21,276 bases of DNA, taken from UHGV virus genome UHGV-0185283; one strand, 5' to 3'. Source of the DNA: a virus. How positions within the stretch are numbered: position 1 is the stretch's first letter; each line of letters begins with the position of its first letter. The notes beneath the pieces were generated by a model, which saw only the letters and a list, made by a program, of their open reading frames with translations, searched no databases and was not told the DNA's origin. Below are positions 18,114 to 21,276 of the stretch, piece by piece. A program made the position numbers and the translations under genes.

Positions 18114-19529
18114 TCAACCTACACCACAAGGAATTGAGTAACTGGAATAGTCGGGTTGCGCAGCCGACTCCGGGCAATGCATACACATCATCAACGCATC
18201 AGCCAGGTTAGGAGATGGGATCCCGAGCTTTTGCTTCATTTCTACCTTAGTCATAAGCTCCAGCTTCCCGTTGTTATTGAATTTGCGCTGAATCTGCGTA
18301 AGTTCTGCAAACAGCTTCTCCAGCATCTTCTCGCCTATTGCTTCTTTGTCGAAACTCAGCATGTCGTCGGGGTCTGCATACTCACCGTGAACAACCGCCC
18401 GATATGTCAGATACAGCCTGTCAGCCAGCGCGTAATAGAATTGCGCTCGCTTATTGCGGAATACATCGCCAATAGTGCGAACGTTGTCGCCCTGCACGAC
18501 TTCATCAGCCCATGCTCCGGCCTGATAAGGCGCATCCTCATCGAATGGCGATTCGCTGCCCTTGAACATCGTGGCGGTGATTTTCTTACCGGAGAACGCT
18601 TCCGTTGTCTGTCTGCGTAGACCTGCACCAACACCATCACCATCCCACAAGTAGTGGTCAGCGCCGTCTTCAATCGCCAGAGAAGTAGCCCAGTCAGCGC
18701 CCTCGTTGATGTCCATCAGCAGGCCTTCGGCAATGCGCTTAACTACCGAACCGTGACGCGATGCGTAACCTTTAGCATCTGGCCCTGTGTCTGATGGGTC
18801 ATGCGCAGAGACAACAGCGCCTTTCGCTTTCCATCCGAGTTTCTTGTGCGCATCGGTTGCGGCTTCAAGCCATTCACGTTTGATGATTGCCATATCACTT
18901 GCGCTTACTGGCTCACCAAGCCAGATGTGACGATACAGTGTCGGGTTTCTGCGTTTGCACTCTTCCATCTCCAGACGGAGAACTTCAGGAAAGTGCGGGT
19001 TGTCGGTGTAGTTCACCGTCAGCAGGCAAATATCATCGGGAGGATTTACAACGAATCGCTGATAGGTATCGTCGAGTATGTTCTTCGGGTTAAAGCTCAC
19101 CCATATTTCGGAAAACGGCTTGCGGATGGTTGGCATCAGGATATCCCACGATTCCTTTGTTACCGCTTCCGCTTCTTCCACCCAGCAGATATCAATGCCT
19201 TCGAGCGATTTAATCTTCGTCGGGTTGTTTTTGATGCCGTAGAACATGAACTCAGCATTCGTTCCGAGATGACGAATCATGGAACGCTGAATTTCAAACT
19301 CAGCCGTATACCCTTCACGCTCTATGGTGTCTTCAAGCAGCCGGATTACCGAATCGCTGATACTGTTTTGCAGTTCGCGAGCGCAGAGAATACGCACTGG
19401 CTGCCGACGCGCCGCTTCAACAAGCAGCCTCGCAATTGCCCATGATTTGCCGCTACCTCGACCGCCTTTGGCGACTTTGTAGCGATGCGCCTCAATGAAC
19501 GGTTCAAAGATAGGATTAATCGAGGTCAT
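18114..19529 (-). CDS. Terminase large subunit
   Basis: 471 aa with Walker A motif (KGGRGSGKSW) near the N-terminus; overlaps the small-subunit gene by 4 nt and abuts the portal gene. Confidence 0.85.
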   Translation of the reverse strand: MTSINPIFEPFIEAHRYKVAKGGRGSGKSWAIARLLVEAARRQPVRILCARELQNSISDSVIRLLEDTIEREGYTAEFEIQRSMIRHLGTNAEFMFYGIKNNPTKIKSLEGIDICWVEEAEAVTKESWDILMPTIRKPFSEIWVSFNPKNILDDTYQRFVVNPPDDICLLTVNYTDNPHFPEVLRLEMEECKRRNPTLYRHIWLGEPVSASDMAIIKREWLEAATDAHKKLGWKAKGAVVSAHDPSDTGPDAKGYASRHGSVVKRIAEGLLMDINEGADWATSLAIEDGADHYLWDGDGVGAGLRRQTTEAFSGKKITATMFKGSESPFDEDAPYQAGAWADEVVQGDNVRTIGDVFRNKRAQFYYALADRLYLTYRAVVHGEYADPDDMLSFDKEAIGEKMLEKLFAELTQIQRKFNNNGKLELMTKVEMKQKLGIPSPNLADALMMCMHCPESAAQPDYSSYSIPCGVG

Positions 19530-19951
19530 TTTCCGAACAGAGTGCTCATCGGTGATGTTTCAATCTGGATTGCGCCTCCGTCTTTGCCGACAAGCTCATT
19601 AGTTACCTTGTCGCCATACTTACGGGGATTCATTCTGGCCAGCGCCCATTTGCGGGTATCAACGCGAAGTCTTGCCTTTGCCACCTCGGCGGCATCAGGG
19701 ATTACGTCGTCAGCAATTTCGAATATCTCTTCGAAAATAGAGTCGGCCCGAGTCTCTGTTGCCTTCGCGTACTGGTCACGAAACTCCTGATGTTCAGCCA
19801 GCCAGCGAAAAACTGATGTTTTGCTCGGCATTCCTGGGCGTTCGCAAACTTTGCGCAGACTCTCACCGGAGGAAAGCAATGCGCAAATGTCATTAGCCAC
19901 CTCCGGCATATAATCAGAGGGGCGACCACCTTTCTTTTTCTCAGTCGCCAT
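19526..19951 (-). CDS. Terminase small subunit, Sf6 gp1-like
   Basis: 141 aa; MATEKKKGGRPSDYMPEVANDICALLSSGESLRKVCERPGMPSKTSVFRWL... resembles the remembered Sf6 small terminase; lies directly upstream of the large subunit. Confidence 0.8.
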   Translation of the reverse strand: MATEKKKGGRPSDYMPEVANDICALLSSGESLRKVCERPGMPSKTSVFRWLAEHQEFRDQYAKATETRADSIFEEIFEIADDVIPDAAEVAKARLRVDTRKWALARMNPRKYGDKVTNELVGKDGGAIQIETSPMSTLFGK

Positions 19952-19956
19952 ATTGA

Positions 19957-20028
19957 TTATTTCCCTTCTGCTTGCTTATCCCATTCATCGCGGAATTTGG
20001 ATGGGTTGTCGAAACCTTGAGTTGCCAT
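19957..20028 (-). CDS. Hypothetical 23-aa micro-ORF between orf80 and the small terminase gene
   Basis: MATQGFDNPSKFRDEWDKQAEGK; GGAG 8 nt upstream; starts 2 nt after the orf80 stop and ends 5 nt before the terminase small subunit ATG. Coding status unproven. Confidence 0.25.
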   Translation of the reverse strand: MATQGFDNPSKFRDEWDKQAEGK

Positions 20029-20030
20029 GT

Positions 20031-20273
20031 TTACGCTCCGGTAGTGAACAGGTCTAACGCTTCCTTCGATTTACGCACCGCTTCGATAGTGCGGGTCGTG
20101 ATATCTGAATTAGCGCCGCCTGACTGGAAGTGAATTTTGAATAGCTCAAGCTTCAGTTCGTCAGTGCCAATGAACTGAAATGCTTCCTCTGCAGCTGCGT
20201 TCTGGTTCATGACCAGTTTGTAAATCTCTAACTGGAATTTCTGTTCTTCAGTCATGGGAATAATCTCTGCCAT
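20031..20273 (-). CDS. Hypothetical protein (80 aa)
   Basis: ORF with GGAG 6 nt upstream of ATG; acidic, predicted helical; no family recognised. Confidence 0.5.
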   Translation of the reverse strand: MAEIIPMTEEQKFQLEIYKLVMNQNAAAEEAFQFIGTDELKLELFKIHFQSGGANSDITTRTIEAVRKSKEALDLFTTGA

Positions 20274-20435
20274 TGTTGGCTCCGTTTATCCGTTAAAAGG
20301 GATATCAGTTAAGTTATCCCGTGCAGGGTATAAGCCATTATCAAGCCCACCCGTAGATGGGCTTTGTAATGGATAGCCGTTGCTCAGTTCTAGTAATGCT
20401 TTGATTTTTTCGATAACGCAGTTTTGCGTTTGCCA

Positions 20436-20957
20436 TCAGCACGCGATATCGAGAGTCAACTGCAGTTGCTCGCGCCAGTACTCAACATTTGCTTCAATAA
20501 CCGGCTTATCCCATCGCCAGCGAGCCATCTCTCTTGCCCCATTGCTGGCTTTTGATTTCCGGTCATCGCGAATGCGACATGCTTGCTCATATTTCTGCTG
20601 CTCAGTCAGTTCACCGCGAAGCAGACTATCAATGTGCAGGTCGCACCACACAGCAAAACGAGCATCACACCAACGGGCAAATGCAACTGAAAGTTTTGGA
20701 TGTAGCCACGTACCACCACCCCTGTCCTTTCGTGCCTTGCTGGTTTTTACATACCTCGATTGTGAGGGATGTAAAATTTGAGATTCTTTCCCGGTCAACG
20801 CTTCGTCTAAAGCACGAACGTATTCAAGCGTTTCTGCCAAACGCATCCAGTTATCAATGCGTTTCCCAAATCTCTCAGCAACACCTGTGACGTTGATCCA
20901 ACCATCAGTGTTGAAACTGACAATTTCACCTTTGTAATTAAGTGGCACGATATTCAT
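20436..20957 (-). CDS. KilA-N domain-containing protein
   Basis: 173 aa; N-terminal ~100 residues (MNIVPLNYKGEIVSFNTDGWINVTGVAERFGKRIDNWMRL...GGTWLHPKLSVAFARWCDARFAVWCDLHIDSL) look like a KilA-N/APSES-type DNA-binding domain; lies between the lysis genes and terminase. Confidence 0.6.
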   Translation of the reverse strand: MNIVPLNYKGEIVSFNTDGWINVTGVAERFGKRIDNWMRLAETLEYVRALDEALTGKESQILHPSQSRYVKTSKARKDRGGGTWLHPKLSVAFARWCDARFAVWCDLHIDSLLRGELTEQQKYEQACRIRDDRKSKASNGAREMARWRWDKPVIEANVEYWREQLQLTLDIAC

Positions 20958-21072
20958 AACGTTTACCTACCATTTGAAATGAACCTTTGCCGCACAGGAA
21001 ACCAGCCCACCGAGGCTCGCCAGCACTAACTGGTATCCTCAAAGGCCCATTCCAAAGGGGCAGGTTCGGTGT

Positions 21073-21099
21073 AAAAAAAACATGCGTTGCGGTACGCAT
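21073..21099 (-). terminator. Intrinsic terminator (distal of a tandem pair) downstream of Rz
   Basis: Minus strand ATGCGT-ACCGCA-ACGCAT followed by G and TTTTTTTT. Confidence 0.5.
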
Positions 21100-21105
21100 T
21101 TATTG

Positions 21106-21130
21106 CAAAAAAGCCCCGCATCGCGAGGCT
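21106..21130 (-). terminator. Intrinsic terminator (proximal of a tandem pair) downstream of Rz
   Basis: Minus strand GCCTCGC-gat-GCGGGGC (one G-U pair) followed by TTTTTT. Confidence 0.4.
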
Positions 21131-21161
21131 CATTAAATGGACTTTGTGATTTGCAAAAAAA

Positions 21162-21276
21162 TTATTTCAGACATTGCGTCCTGATGTACTCCTGCAGGTA
21201 GTTAACCTGCGCGGTTATCCTGTCGATTCCACTTCGGAGACGGTAATAATTGAGTTCAGCATCTGCTGTAAGTCCT
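21162..21276 (-). CDS. Rz-like i-spanin, 3' end only (5' part lies beyond the window edge)
   Basis: Minus-strand frame ending TAA at 21162-21164 translates ...TADAELNYYRLRSGIDRITAQVNYLQEYIRTQCLK, resembling the remembered lambda Rz C-terminus (...AERDYFTLRERLITMQKQLEGTQKYINEQC). An embedded Rz1 frame cannot be assessed. Confidence 0.45.
   Translation of the reverse strand, partial: GLTADAELNYYRLRSGIDRITAQVNYLQEYIRTQCLK

Noticed and set aside
20998-21070. GC-rich structured stretch between the Rz terminators and the KilA-N start, considered as a tRNA or small RNA
   Set aside because: No cloverleaf could be drawn and no T-loop or anticodon-arm consensus is present; only short local hairpins.
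1-21276. CRISPR arrays, rRNA genes, IS elements
   Set aside because: No regularly spaced direct repeats, no rRNA-like conserved blocks, and no transposase-like ORF or terminal inverted repeats were seen.

Overview
This window is the right arm of a P22-like (Sf6/P22-type podovirus) prophage plus a short stretch of flanking enterobacterial chromosome. Positions 1-1505 hold two convergent host genes (ykgJ-like, yagU-like) with their terminators. A 3' tRNA fragment near 2126-2173 marks the probable prophage end (attR). From about 2177 to the window edge, almost everything is on the minus strand in canonical P22/Sf6 late-gene order: partial Rz spanin, KilA-N protein, small ORFs, small and large terminase, portal, scaffold, coat, gp4/gp10/gp26 tail-completion proteins, gp14/gp7/gp20/gp16 ejection proteins, then a plus-strand Mnt-like repressor, a chimeric tailspike and an AT-rich membrane acyltransferase. 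No integrase, CRISPR array or intact tRNA/rRNA is in the window. Family assignments rest on reading the supplied translations against remembered P22/Sf6 protein sequences; no database search was run. The most interesting loci are the tailspike/acyltransferase conversion module, the orphan Mnt with an adjacent 25-aa hydrophobic ORF, and the small-ORF/KilA-N locus between lysis and terminase genes.
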